Shown here piece after piece: positions 16,048 through 24,704 of a DNA stretch of 32,000 bases. The notes beneath the pieces were generated by a model, which had not been told where the DNA came from, made no database searches, and worked only from the letters and a program-made list of their open reading frames with translations. Origin of the DNA: Nitrososphaera viennensis EN76. Its GTDB lineage: Archaea; Thermoproteota; Nitrososphaeria; Nitrososphaerales; Nitrososphaeraceae. The stretch spans positions 570,001-602,000 of the forward strand of contig NZ_CP007536.1 of the NCBI RefSeq assembly GCF_000698785.1, read 5' to 3'. Within the stretch, counting starts at the first letter, position 1. Every line of letters begins with the position of its first letter. The translations under genes were made by a program, and so were the position numbers.

Positions 16048-16302
16048 ATATCATTGGCGGCCGAGCCTAAAAGAGTATTGCAGGTTTATCGCCGCCACTG
16101 CATTCTTGTGAAATAGAGGCAAGCGCCAAATCACTTGTGCAATATTCGCAGGCATTTAAGAAATGCACTATGGTGCCTTGCTACTGTTACCAAAGTGAGA
16201 GTTTATGGCGACAATCGTCCGGCAAGCAGTCCAATAGGATGTACGTGCTTTACAGCCAGATAGCCAATCCAAATTAATCTCGTCGCCGCTTCCATGCCAC
16301 CA

Positions 16303-17127
16303 TTAACGCGAAGTCTTGCGCCGGAAAATCCAGGTCGCTATTGGCACAGAGACAACGATGATGCCAATGCACCAGGCAAATGCCAGCCAGCCGGAATCTC
16401 CGACGGGCGTGCCGACAAGCCAGGCGCGCATTGCCTCGATGACATGGGTGAGAGGCTGGTTTTCGGCAAAAAGCCGCAACGCCTCGGGCATGGTATCAGT
16501 CGGCACAAAGGCGCTGCTGACAAACGTTAACGGAAAGATGATGATAAAGCCCGTCCACTGCGCCGCCTCCATGCTCTTGACAAGCAGCCCCATGATGGCT
16601 GACAGCCACGAAAAGGCAAGCGAAAAGACAAGAATGAGGCCAAACACCAGCAGCCACTCTACAGGGCCGGCTACTGGCTGGAAGCCCAGTGGAAAGCTGA
16701 CGGCAAGCACAAGCAGGGCCGAGATTGTATTGCGCAGCAGGTCTGCCCCGACGTGGCCGGCCAGGAGGGACGAACTTGCCATCGGGAGCGAGCGGAACCT
16801 GTCTACAATGCCCCGTTGCAGGTCAATAGCCAGATTTAGGGTCGTATAGTTTGAGCCAAAGGCCAGCATCTGCACCATGATGCCGGCCACAAGAAAGTTC
16901 ACGTAACTTATGCCGCCGGTGTCTATCGCGCCGCCAAAGACGAAGCTGAACAAGAGGAAGAACATGATCGGGAACAGCGCTACTGACAGGAGCTGGTCGA
17001 GGTTCCGGGTGATATGTTTGACGCTGCGTTTGGCCATCACCCACGAATCGCTGAGCACCCAAAAGATCTGGGAGTGCTTTTCCGGCTGTACATCGTCGGT
17101 GGCGAAAGAGGAAGCTTCTCTGGTCAT
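16303..17127 (-). CDS. ABC-2 type transporter permease
   Basis: 274 aa, 6 predicted TM helices. Its start overlaps the ATPase stop by 4 nt. Architecture is typical of DrrB/ABC-2 permeases. Confidence 0.85.
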   Translation of the reverse strand: MTREASSFATDDVQPEKHSQIFWVLSDSWVMAKRSVKHITRNLDQLLSVALFPIMFFLLFSFVFGGAIDTGGISYVNFLVAGIMVQMLAFGSNYTTLNLAIDLQRGIVDRFRSLPMASSSLLAGHVGADLLRNTISALLVLAVSFPLGFQPVAGPVEWLLVFGLILVFSLAFSWLSAIMGLLVKSMEAAQWTGFIIIFPLTFVSSAFVPTDTMPEALRLFAENQPLTHVIEAMRAWLVGTPVGDSGWLAFAWCIGIIVVSVPIATWIFRRKTSR

Positions 17128-18128
17128 GTCCTGGCCTCCTGCTGCGGAGGATTCTTTTCTGCCTCTCCGTCCGGCTGCTGCCCTGTCGTGTGCCCTGTGA
17201 GCGTGAGAAAGACGTCATCAAGCGTCGGGCGGTGGAACGACACGTTTTCAACTTCGACGCCTGCTTCATCCAGGCGGCTGAGGACTTGCTTCAGGTGATG
17301 CACGCCGCCTTCGGTTGCCAGGCTGAGCGTCCGCCTTTTGCCATCCGAATGGATGCCGTCGCCATCATTATCAAAGACCTTCGTGGCTGCCTCGAAGCTG
17401 CTCGTGCCAGCAATTGTTATTTCCAGCCGCTCGGAGCCTACTCGCTGTTTCAGTTCGTCAGAGGTGCCCTCCGCGATTATCTTGCCTCCGTCGATGACGA
17501 CGATCTTGTCAGCCAAGCGGTCAGCCTCGTCCATGTCCTGAGTGGTGAGGAGTATGGTCGTGCCGGCGGCGACCAGCTGCTTGATGATGTCCCACATTAT
17601 AAGCCGGCTCCGCGGATCAAGGCCGGTGGTGGGCTCGTCGAGAAAAATAACCGGCGGGGACGCTATCAAGCTGACAGCAAGGTCCAGCCGGCGGCGCATG
17701 CCGCCGGAATAAGTCTTTACCGCACGGGCGGAAGCCTCCACCAGGTCAAACAGCTCTAGCAACTCCTGCGAGCGCCGCTTGATGTCCGGGTAGCTGAGGC
17801 GGTAGAGCCGGCCTATCATGTGCAGGTTTTCCCTGCCTGTCAGGTACTCGTCCACGGCCGCGTACTGGCCCGTCAAGCCGATGAGGCGGTGCACCTTGTC
17901 GGCATCCTTTACCACGTCAAGGCCGTTGATCTGCGCCTGGCCGCCATCAGGCAAAAGCAGCGTGCTGAGGATCCGGATGGTGGTGGTTTTCCCGGCGCCG
18001 TTTGGCCCAAGCAATGCCAGAACGGTACCCCGCTTGACGCAAAGATCAATGCCATCAAGTACGGTGAGCTTTTTGAACGACTTTCTCAGCCCCTTTACGA
18101 CAATAACGTTATCCTCTGACATGCACAT
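17124..18128 (-). CDS. ABC transporter ATP-binding protein (DrrA / ABC-2 exporter type)
   Basis: Walker A GPNGAGKTT, Q-loop, signature YSGGMRRRL, Walker B VIFLDEPTTGLD, H-loop TTQDMDEA. Confidence 0.9.
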   Translation of the reverse strand: MCMSEDNVIVVKGLRKSFKKLTVLDGIDLCVKRGTVLALLGPNGAGKTTTIRILSTLLLPDGGQAQINGLDVVKDADKVHRLIGLTGQYAAVDEYLTGRENLHMIGRLYRLSYPDIKRRSQELLELFDLVEASARAVKTYSGGMRRRLDLAVSLIASPPVIFLDEPTTGLDPRSRLIMWDIIKQLVAAGTTILLTTQDMDEADRLADKIVVIDGGKIIAEGTSDELKQRVGSERLEITIAGTSSFEAATKVFDNDGDGIHSDGKRRTLSLATEGGVHHLKQVLSRLDEAGVEVENVSFHRPTLDDVFLTLTGHTTGQQPDGEAEKNPPQQEART

Positions 18129-18445
18129 CTTTTAGTTGCTTTTCTGGAATATATCCTCGCAGGTATCATGCTGTAAATTACCCAACACGAAATTTCTTAA
18201 AAAATTTAATCAGTATTCATGCATCGTTATGTAAAAGAATGTCCGTTCATTTCCGAGCATGGATCCGTAAAGGAGATGAATCGATGTTCAGCGATAATTG
18301 AAACGATATGTGTTGGTTTCAGATTTCAAGGGAGTTCTGGTCCTTTCGATCCATGCCTTATCTAATAGTCAGTTGTTAGGATGGAGTTTGGATTTCGTAA
18401 CATATCGACAACCAAAATCTTAAATCATTTCTCACCTCTCTCTAT

Positions 18446-19324
18446 ATGATGGCGTCTGAAGGGCAGGATATCATCAAGATTGTTGATGTCAATGGAACGC
18501 AGTTACATTACATCAAGCTTGGTAAAAACCACACCCAATCGGTTGTTTTCACTCCTGCGGCATTCAGTGATTACCGCGTTTGGCAATTTCAAATAGAACC
18601 TTTTTCACGCAACTATAGGGTCGTTTCCTATAGCAGGAGACATGCATATCCAAACAAAATAGAAGACGGTTTTCATTTTACTGAAGACAATGACGCAATT
18701 CGCCAGTATGCTTCTGATCTGGCAGAACTAATACGAAAGTTGGACTTGGCACCAACGCACTTGGTCGGTCATTCCGACGGCGCCTTTGTGACGCTGTATT
18801 GTGCATACACAAATCCAGAGCTGGTAAAATCTCTTGTACTTTTAGAACCTGCGGCCTTGCCACTGCTTGCAACAAGCCAAGTGGAAGAGGATCGGAAGAT
18901 GTTTCAAGAGTTCTGGGAAAATGCGATCAAGCCTGCAGGGGAAGCCCTTCAGCGTGGCGAATATGAAAATGGAGTCAGGATATTTATGGATGGGGCCATG
19001 GCCAAGGGCTTTTTTGACAAGCTGCCTCCTCCAGTCAAGCAGTCAATGATAGACAATGCAAAGGCCTTTCTTAAACAGGCAGAAAACCCCATGCCAAAGG
19101 AATTTCGCTTGCAAGAGCTAAAGAGGATATCATCTCTGCCAACACTCTTTGTAAAAGGCGAGTATAGCCCAAAGTTTCTCCATCGTATAGTCGATATTCT
19201 TGCTCCCCATCTGCCAAAATCAGAACAGGTTACAATTCCAGGAGTCACACATGATCTTGGTCGAACGACTAAAGCAGAGATATTCAATTCAAAAGTCATG
19301 GAATTTCTCTCCAGACACGCATAG
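18446..19324 (+). CDS. alpha/beta-fold hydrolase
   Basis: 292 aa. Nucleophile elbow LVGHSDGAF (GxSxG) and a C-terminal IPGVTHDL (catalytic His region). The gene is AT-rich. Confidence 0.85.
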   Translation: MMASEGQDIIKIVDVNGTQLHYIKLGKNHTQSVVFTPAAFSDYRVWQFQIEPFSRNYRVVSYSRRHAYPNKIEDGFHFTEDNDAIRQYASDLAELIRKLDLAPTHLVGHSDGAFVTLYCAYTNPELVKSLVLLEPAALPLLATSQVEEDRKMFQEFWENAIKPAGEALQRGEYENGVRIFMDGAMAKGFFDKLPPPVKQSMIDNAKAFLKQAENPMPKEFRLQELKRISSLPTLFVKGEYSPKFLHRIVDILAPHLPKSEQVTIPGVTHDLGRTTKAEIFNSKVMEFLSRHA

Positions 19325-19455
19325 TACAGCTAGTAGTAGCGAGTGACAGTCGCGTTCCTGAAACTAACGGCAAGGTGAACAAGCCTTATTCTGCCTGAGA
19401 TGTTGCATTAGAGGCCGGAATTCTCGACATTTGAATCCCATTTTTTCTGTAATGT

Positions 19456-19471
19456 AGTCCCTTTGGGCCCG
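19456..19471 (+). repeat. att-like core copy 3 (15/16 match to the tRNA-Arg 3' end)
   Basis: AGTCCCTTTGGGCCCG. It starts at the same tRNA position as copy 2, and its flanks (AGGCCGGAA ... CCCATTTTTT ... GTT) resemble those of copy 2. Confidence 0.7.
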
Positions 19472-19556
19472 TTCACTTTTGATTCAATCTATCAAAAAGC
19501 CGGACAAAGCTACTAGAACCTGGCAAAGCGCTCCTTAAATAACATCCAGCCGAGAG

Positions 19557-20354
19557 ATGGGCATTGTAAACTTTAGGCCTCTGGCAGGAAAGGTCCTGAG
19601 ATCGATAAAAGGGCCAAAATTCAGGCCTCCAGCCAGGGACGGCGACAGGTACGATATTCAGGGGAGCTGGATGTACATCGACGACAAGGACTCGATGCAG
19701 CTGACGCAATACGGCATCTACGGTCCGGAACAGACCGAGCTCATCAAGAGGCTCTTAAGGAGCGATTACACGTGCCTTGATGTCGGCGCAAATATCGGCT
19801 ATTTCACCCTGATAATGGCCAAGCAGGCCAAGAGGGTATACGCGTTTGAGCCAGAGCCCAGAAACTTTGACATTTTGCAAAAGAACGTGGCAATGAACAA
19901 CTTGCAGAACGTAGAGCTCTACGATGTTGCAGTGGCAGAGACAAGCTACAAGGCAACTCTGCATTTGTGCGGCATGAACAGGGGGATGCACCGCCTTTAC
20001 CGGTCGCACTGGTGCAACGACGGCACAGTCGAAGTCCGGACGGTCAGGATAGACGACCTCGTACAGAAGGCGGACTTTATCAAGATGGACATAGAAGGCG
20101 CAGAGCTGGGCGCGTTAAAGGGGATGAAGAAACTGCTCGAAAAAGGCGGCACAACCCTGATGATGGAATTTCACCCTCCCAGCATTGTCGAATATGGGGC
20201 CAACCCTCGTGATGTTTATGACTTTATGAAATCGCTCGGATATTCTGTAGAGATACCGGAGTTGGATAATGACGATAAGGAAGTGTCGTTTGAAGAATTA
20301 GAAAGAATAGCTAACGAAAAAGCGGGCACAAACATCCTGTGCAGGCACAGATAA
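19557..20354 (+). CDS. FkbM-family SAM-dependent methyltransferase
   Basis: LDVGANIGYFT, VYAFEPEPRNF and FIKMDIEGAELGAL are the FkbM family pattern. CTTAAATA box lies about 22 nt upstream. Confidence 0.85.
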   Translation: MGIVNFRPLAGKVLRSIKGPKFRPPARDGDRYDIQGSWMYIDDKDSMQLTQYGIYGPEQTELIKRLLRSDYTCLDVGANIGYFTLIMAKQAKRVYAFEPEPRNFDILQKNVAMNNLQNVELYDVAVAETSYKATLHLCGMNRGMHRLYRSHWCNDGTVEVRTVRIDDLVQKADFIKMDIEGAELGALKGMKKLLEKGGTTLMMEFHPPSIVEYGANPRDVYDFMKSLGYSVEIPELDNDDKEVSFEELERIANEKAGTNILCRHR

Positions 20355-20428
20355 TGACGATATAAAAAAATCATAATAGTAATCAGGAGCGGAGGTATAT
20401 GCGCGCGTACCACTAAATCCTGCTTTTG

Positions 20429-21202
20429 TCAGCCGACTTCGAGCTTTTGTCCCAGCAGCATGCCAGAATACGCAAATTCGTTGTTCATCAGCGCATCTGC
20501 ATACCGCGTAAATGAACTGTGGTCGATGCAGGAGCCATGCATTGGAAAAGTCATTCTGGGATCCAGCTTCAAGAGGCGCTGAACCGTCTGTCTGACAGGA
20601 ATTTCGCTTGCAAAGATGCCCGCACCTCTGTAAAGCTTGATCATCTCCCCCGAAAGATCATCAGAGGTGACGGGCTTGTTGTTACCCGGCTGAATAAAGA
20701 GATCCGAAGGGAAAAGCGACTTTGTTGTGTCTTCAAATATCATCATGCTGTCCCAGTGATGGACGTGCGGCGTCATGATAAACCGCAAGCTTCTCATCCC
20801 GGTCTTTAGAACCTCATTATCCCAAAACGAGATATGATGCATGGGCACCCCGTCCCAGCCCATGAGATTCAGCCTTGAACTCAGATCACTGCACAATAAT
20901 TTTACATCAGGGCATTTCAGAAATCCCATCCCGCCCCATTCGTCGCTTTCAAAGTGCAGGAATGCAACGTAGGCCAGCTTTTCCAGCGGGATCACCTCTT
21001 TCACTTTCTCTGCAACCCCCTCGTACATCCCAATGGGGCCCGTATGGATAAGTGTGGGTTTCTCGTCGTCGATCAAGAACTGGTTGAACGTGATTCCATA
21101 TTCGTTTACGAATCCGGATATCCGGTAGATGCCGTCTGTTATTTCAGCGATGCTTACCTGCGTGTCTTTGGCAACGCGAAACGTCTTGCTGACTTCGGGC
21201 AC
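20429..21202 (-). CDS. stand-alone metallo-beta-lactamase-fold di-iron domain of the flavodiiron (FprA/ODP) type
   Basis: 257 aa. LHFESDEWGG (HxExD-E) and TPHVHHWDSMMIF...LFPSDLF resemble the FDP motifs HxExDH and HWPDSM...LFSxDxF. No flavodoxin domain. GTG start. Confidence 0.65.
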   Translation of the reverse strand: MPEVSKTFRVAKDTQVSIAEITDGIYRISGFVNEYGITFNQFLIDDEKPTLIHTGPIGMYEGVAEKVKEVIPLEKLAYVAFLHFESDEWGGMGFLKCPDVKLLCSDLSSRLNLMGWDGVPMHHISFWDNEVLKTGMRSLRFIMTPHVHHWDSMMIFEDTTKSLFPSDLFIQPGNNKPVTSDDLSGEMIKLYRGAGIFASEIPVRQTVQRLLKLDPRMTFPMHGSCIDHSSFTRYADALMNNEFAYSGMLLGQKLEVG

Positions 21203-21355
21203 GCAAAAAGTATGCGCGAGTCATTAATAATCTTGATCTTGCAAAAATATAGAACTTTAATATCTGCCATAGCCTACTGGTATCAGGAAACGCCCTGCTT
21301 GTTTTTTGTGAGGAGGAGGAGGGCATGGTGTTCTTATCATCATTATTGTCTGGCG

Positions 21356-22042
21356 CTATAGCCTGTCAATAATAAATTCAAAGCAGCGGTCATTCTTGCC
21401 AAGTTCAGCAACCACTTCGACCCAGAACAGGTTCCTGACGCCCCTTATTGCCTTGATCCGCTCAATTATGTCCAAAAGATCTTTGTTTTCATTAAAGATG
21501 ACTTCTGCCGCTATGTCTGTCGCTCTCATTCCCGCGGCCCTGCTGACACGGATAACGGATTTCGTCCATGACAAAAGCTCTTTTCCAACCTCGATCGCGG
21601 TCCCTCCTTGTGTGCTGATGAAAACCATTGCAATGTGCCATCCAAGCCTCTCCACCCTGGGCAGGTAGGATGCTTCAAGAAAGTGAGCTTCAAGCCTCTT
21701 GCGCCTTCTTTGCACCGTGCTAAGGGGCGCGCCAGTCTCCCTCGAGAGCGCGATTGAGGAGATCTTGCCCTTGGAAGACAGCAATGCCAGCAGGATCCTC
21801 TTGTCCAGCGAGGAAAGGACCACATTCTTGCTGCCGCCATGACCAGTACTTTGCCTCCTTTTGTTGTTGTCGTCGTCAGATCCGTTGGCGATGCATGCGA
21901 TGGCTTGGAGCAGGTCTCCAAGCTGGTCAAGAGATAATTCGCCAAGCGAGGATGCGCGGATGCCCCACCTTTCGAGTTCTGCAAGAATCTCCTGCCTAGA
22001 TATCGAACTAGCTCCCAGTTTATCTGCGAGATCGCCTGCCAT
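21356..22042 (-). CDS. Lrp/AsnC-family transcriptional regulator with an N-terminal extension of about 75 aa
   Basis: LDKRILLALLSSKGKISSIALSRETGAPLSTVQRRRKRLE (HTH) followed by a RAM-like domain (AMVFISTQ...IKAIRGVRNLFWVEV). Confidence 0.8.
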   Translation of the reverse strand: MAGDLADKLGASSISRQEILAELERWGIRASSLGELSLDQLGDLLQAIACIANGSDDDNNKRRQSTGHGGSKNVVLSSLDKRILLALLSSKGKISSIALSRETGAPLSTVQRRRKRLEAHFLEASYLPRVERLGWHIAMVFISTQGGTAIEVGKELLSWTKSVIRVSRAAGMRATDIAAEVIFNENKDLLDIIERIKAIRGVRNLFWVEVVAELGKNDRCFEFIIDRL

Positions 22043-22125
22043 GTTGTTGTTATTATTATTGAGCCTGCATCATCACCAGGCTTGACGCATTCGTAGTGGT
22101 AGTAGCAGCATCTCTACATTTTTTG

Positions 22126-22317
22126 CTAGCATTGCACCACGCCGCCGTCAACATGCGAAACCAGCTTGAACCGGGGCGTGGTAATCGTCTTGATAAAATT
22201 CTCGACGCTCCCGTGCCATTTTTCATACTGCAGCTCATGCGTTTCACAGAGGATAACTTCTCCCTCCTCTTTGCCCCAATTCAGCTCACAGCCGCACGGC
22301 ACCACCAGCCTGTTCAA
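22126..22317 (-). CDS. small Cys/His-containing hypothetical protein (TTG start; may be the 3' part of a frameshifted gene)
   Basis: 63 aa with CGC and CETH. The TTG start overlaps the upstream stop (TTGA). The same frame continues upstream as APLFNPPEECHC with no start codon. Confidence 0.4.
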   Translation of the reverse strand: MNRLVVPCGCELNWGKEEGEVILCETHELQYEKWHGSVENFIKTITTPRFKLVSHVDGGVVQC

Positions 22318-22574
22318 GCAGTGGCACTCCTCTGGCGGGTTGAAAAGTGGAGCTCAAGACCCTGCGTTTCTGACAGCGCGTACCTGTAGGATTCGTTGCC
22401 ACAAAGAGGAATGAGCGCCACGCGATATTTGCTGCACGATGGACAGGCACAGAGGCATGATTTTGAAGTTTCAAGCACTGAAGCTGCCCAGTAGCAGGAT
22501 TCGCAGAAGGCAAAAAAGAGTTCTTCTTTTTCTTGCTCATTTTTTTCTTCTTTTCCCGAAGTTGTGTTTTGCAT
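22314..22574 (-). CDS. small Cys-rich (zinc-ribbon-like) hypothetical protein
   Basis: CESC ... CLCACPSC ... C. ATG at 22574 lies 4 nt after the upstream stop, and GGTGGG lies upstream. Confidence 0.4.
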   Translation of the reverse strand: MQNTTSGKEEKNEQEKEELFFAFCESCYWAASVLETSKSCLCACPSCSKYRVALIPLCGNESYRYALSETQGLELHFSTRQRSATA

Positions 22575-22578
22575 CTGA

Positions 22579-22932
22579 TTAGCCCACCGTTTTTGCTGTT
22601 GCGACAAGAACAAGCAAAAGAGAGATGTGTTCTTCTTTTTCTTCTTCCGGATAGGCCGCGCCTGTTATTTCGTCCCAGCATTTTCTGCAAAAGTCCTTGT
22701 CATCGATTAGACGCTGCTCAAAGCTCAGTGATGCGGAATGGATGGCATTGCAACACATTACGCAAGTTCTGGGTCTTGCTTTTGTCTTTGTGCTGTTGCA
22801 GTCTTGCTGCAGATAGCGGCCGGTTTCACGGATAGTAGCGTATTTTGGGGCTAGTGGAGAATGAGATAGCATCGAGATTATAGAAAATTCCAAGTCAGCC
22901 ATAAGCGCTGTGTGTACATTGCACCCAGGCAT
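22579..22932 (-). CDS. small zinc-ribbon hypothetical protein
   Basis: CVMCC ... CRKCW (CxxC pair). An acidic EEEKEE tract is followed by a hydrophobic tail. Alternative ATG at 22902. Confidence 0.4.
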   Translation of the reverse strand: MPGCNVHTALMADLEFSIISMLSHSPLAPKYATIRETGRYLQQDCNSTKTKARPRTCVMCCNAIHSASLSFEQRLIDDKDFCRKCWDEITGAAYPEEEKEEHISLLLVLVATAKTVG

Positions 22933-23101
22933 GTACTATTGACGATACTAGTAAAGTCCACCACCATCATCAGTATTATAACATTCAAGATTCCAGAATC
23001 TACGACAATGACCTCATCGTTGCTAAATCTGGGCAAAACTGCCCTTCAATGCTTGCATTGGCTTGCCAAGTCTTTAAGTCAATCTTCCACGGTTAGTATT
23101 C

Positions 23102-23626
23102 ATGGCTGATTCCGGGAGCGCGAGTATCACGTTCAGGTTCCCAAAGTCGGTACTGGAGGAGCTCAAGGAAGAAGCCGACCACAAAAATATCAGCATCAAC
23201 GCACTGTTGAACCAGATCGCAGCCTCGCACATCGAATGGCATGCACGTGCGACCAAGGCAGGATTCATAACCGTTCGCCGCGTCCTGTTAAAAAGAATAT
23301 TTGATAACCTGACCGAGGAAGAGATAGACAAACTGGCAAAGACCTCGGCACAAGAAATGAAGGACGTGTGCTTGCTGATGGTAAGAAAACACACGCAAAG
23401 ATCGGCCCTAGAGTTCATGGAAAGGTGGGTCAGGACGTCTGACTTTGGTTACCGCCATCTGGTAGAAGACAGCCTCCACACCTACATAATCCAGCACGAC
23501 ATGGGATACAAATGGTCGTATTACCTGAGCAAGCTGTTCAGCTACGTGGCTGAAGAAGTTGCATTGTTCAGGCCTGAAATCAGTGTTGGCAAAGACATGG
23601 TTGTCTTGAAAATTAGAGAAAAGTAA
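23102..23626 (+). CDS. ribbon-helix-helix (CopG/Arc/MetJ-like) domain protein with an uncharacterised C-terminal domain
   Basis: ITFRFPKSVLEELKEEADHKNISINALLNQI is a canonical RHH N-terminus. 174 aa. Confidence 0.65.
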   Translation: MADSGSASITFRFPKSVLEELKEEADHKNISINALLNQIAASHIEWHARATKAGFITVRRVLLKRIFDNLTEEEIDKLAKTSAQEMKDVCLLMVRKHTQRSALEFMERWVRTSDFGYRHLVEDSLHTYIIQHDMGYKWSYYLSKLFSYVAEEVALFRPEISVGKDMVVLKIREK

Positions 23627-23652
23627 ACACATGCACACACGATGCTCTCACC

Positions 23653-24459
23653 CTATTCCGAAATTCCGTGGAACCACTTGTTGTTGATGGCCTGCAGGGT
23701 GCCGTCGTCGCGCATGCTGTCAAGCGCCACGTCAAATGCTTTTGTCAGTTCCGATCCTTTTGGAAAGATGAATCCCAGTTCTTCTTTGGCAGTCAAAGGC
23801 TCACCTGCAGCTATCTTTACCTTGTCTGCATCCTTTCCCACATAGCCCTGGCCTGCCACGTCGTCCATCACCACCGCGTCCACATCTCCTGCGACAAGCG
23901 CCCGCACGGTTTCAGGGAACGTCCTGTACGCAACCAGCCGATCGCTTTCCACAAGGCCGGCAGCAACGTCATAGTTGGTCGTTTGTGACTGCACGCCCAC
24001 CTTCAGGCCGGCGGCAGAGGCAAGCTCTTCTGCGTTGCTAAAGCGGTCTTCTCCGGCCCGCACCAGAAGCACCTGCTGCAGGGTAAGGTAGCCCTGCGAA
24101 AAGTCCACCAGCTGGGCGCGCTCTGGCTTGATGGTGATGCCATCGGCGGCCATGTCGTACTCGCCTTTTGCGACCGCGGTTATCATGCCGTCCCAGCCGG
24201 CCTGCACGAATTCCGGCTTGCAGTCAAGCAGCTTGCAGATTTCGCCCACGGCGTCATAGTCCCACCCTGCTGCCTGGCCCGTCTCATCGTCTACAAAGTT
24301 GAACGGGATGTAGGCGTTTTCAACCGCCACTCTGACAGTCCGGCCGCCCAGGTCTGGCAGGCGCTCCGAGGCAAGCATGCCAGAGGGCAAGCCGGCGAGC
24401 AGTGCCGCAGACAAGAGCCCCAGTCCCAGGAAGATCCAGAGTTTTGCATCACCCTTCAT
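23653..24459 (-). CDS. secreted substrate-binding protein, family 3 (polar amino-acid type PBP2)
   Basis: Signal [64 protein letters not shown] and VDFSQGY are family motifs. The ORF opens at a GTG at 24519, and the ATG at 24459 is preferred. Confidence 0.8.
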   Translation of the reverse strand: MKGDAKLWIFLGLGLLSAALLAGLPSGMLASERLPDLGGRTVRVAVENAYIPFNFVDDETGQAAGWDYDAVGEICKLLDCKPEFVQAGWDGMITAVAKGEYDMAADGITIKPERAQLVDFSQGYLTLQQVLLVRAGEDRFSNAEELASAAGLKVGVQSQTTNYDVAAGLVESDRLVAYRTFPETVRALVAGDVDAVVMDDVAGQGYVGKDADKVKIAAGEPLTAKEELGFIFPKGSELTKAFDVALDSMRDDGTLQAINNKWFHGISE

Positions 24460-24704
24460 ATAGACACACCATAATCGAGATTCACGACGATCGTATCGCA
24501 GTATCGCACACACATACACTTACTTAAGGATGTTTTTGTCGCCATGTGTATGCGCAGAAAGGCCGCCGCAGCCAAGCAATACAACGGCAAAACATAGATC
24601 TGCATATCCTTGGTGCCAAGGAATGCTTAAGAAAAATAAAGGAAGAAGTGGCGAGTTATTGTCGCCTATCATTCTTCCGTTGTTTGGACGATCTTGTCAG
24701 CGAA

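Larger units (their letters stand above)
6257..19471. mobile_element. putative genomic island segment 2 (older integration at tRNA-Arg; no integrase seen)
   Basis: Bounded by att-like copies 2 and 3. Its composition differs from the flanking genes. Cargo is the Ehr operon, a regulator, PPOX, an ABC-2 exporter and a hydrolase. Confidence 0.4.

Noticed and set aside
18270-18370. 29-codon ORF (MNRCSAIIETICVGFRFQGSSGPFDPCLI) in the ABC/hydrolase intergenic region
   Set aside because: It is too short, the AAAGGAG directly abuts the ATG with no spacer, and nothing else supports it.
2570-19471. Integrase, excisionase or transposase genes for the tRNA-flanked segments
   Set aside because: I looked through all ORFs and the ORF-poor stretches. 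Nothing resembles a tyrosine or serine recombinase or a transposase, so mobility is inferred only from the repeats.
19473-19709. 78-aa minus-strand ORF ending next to att-like copy 3
   Set aside because: It is antisense to the well-supported FkbM methyltransferase 5' region and has no motifs.
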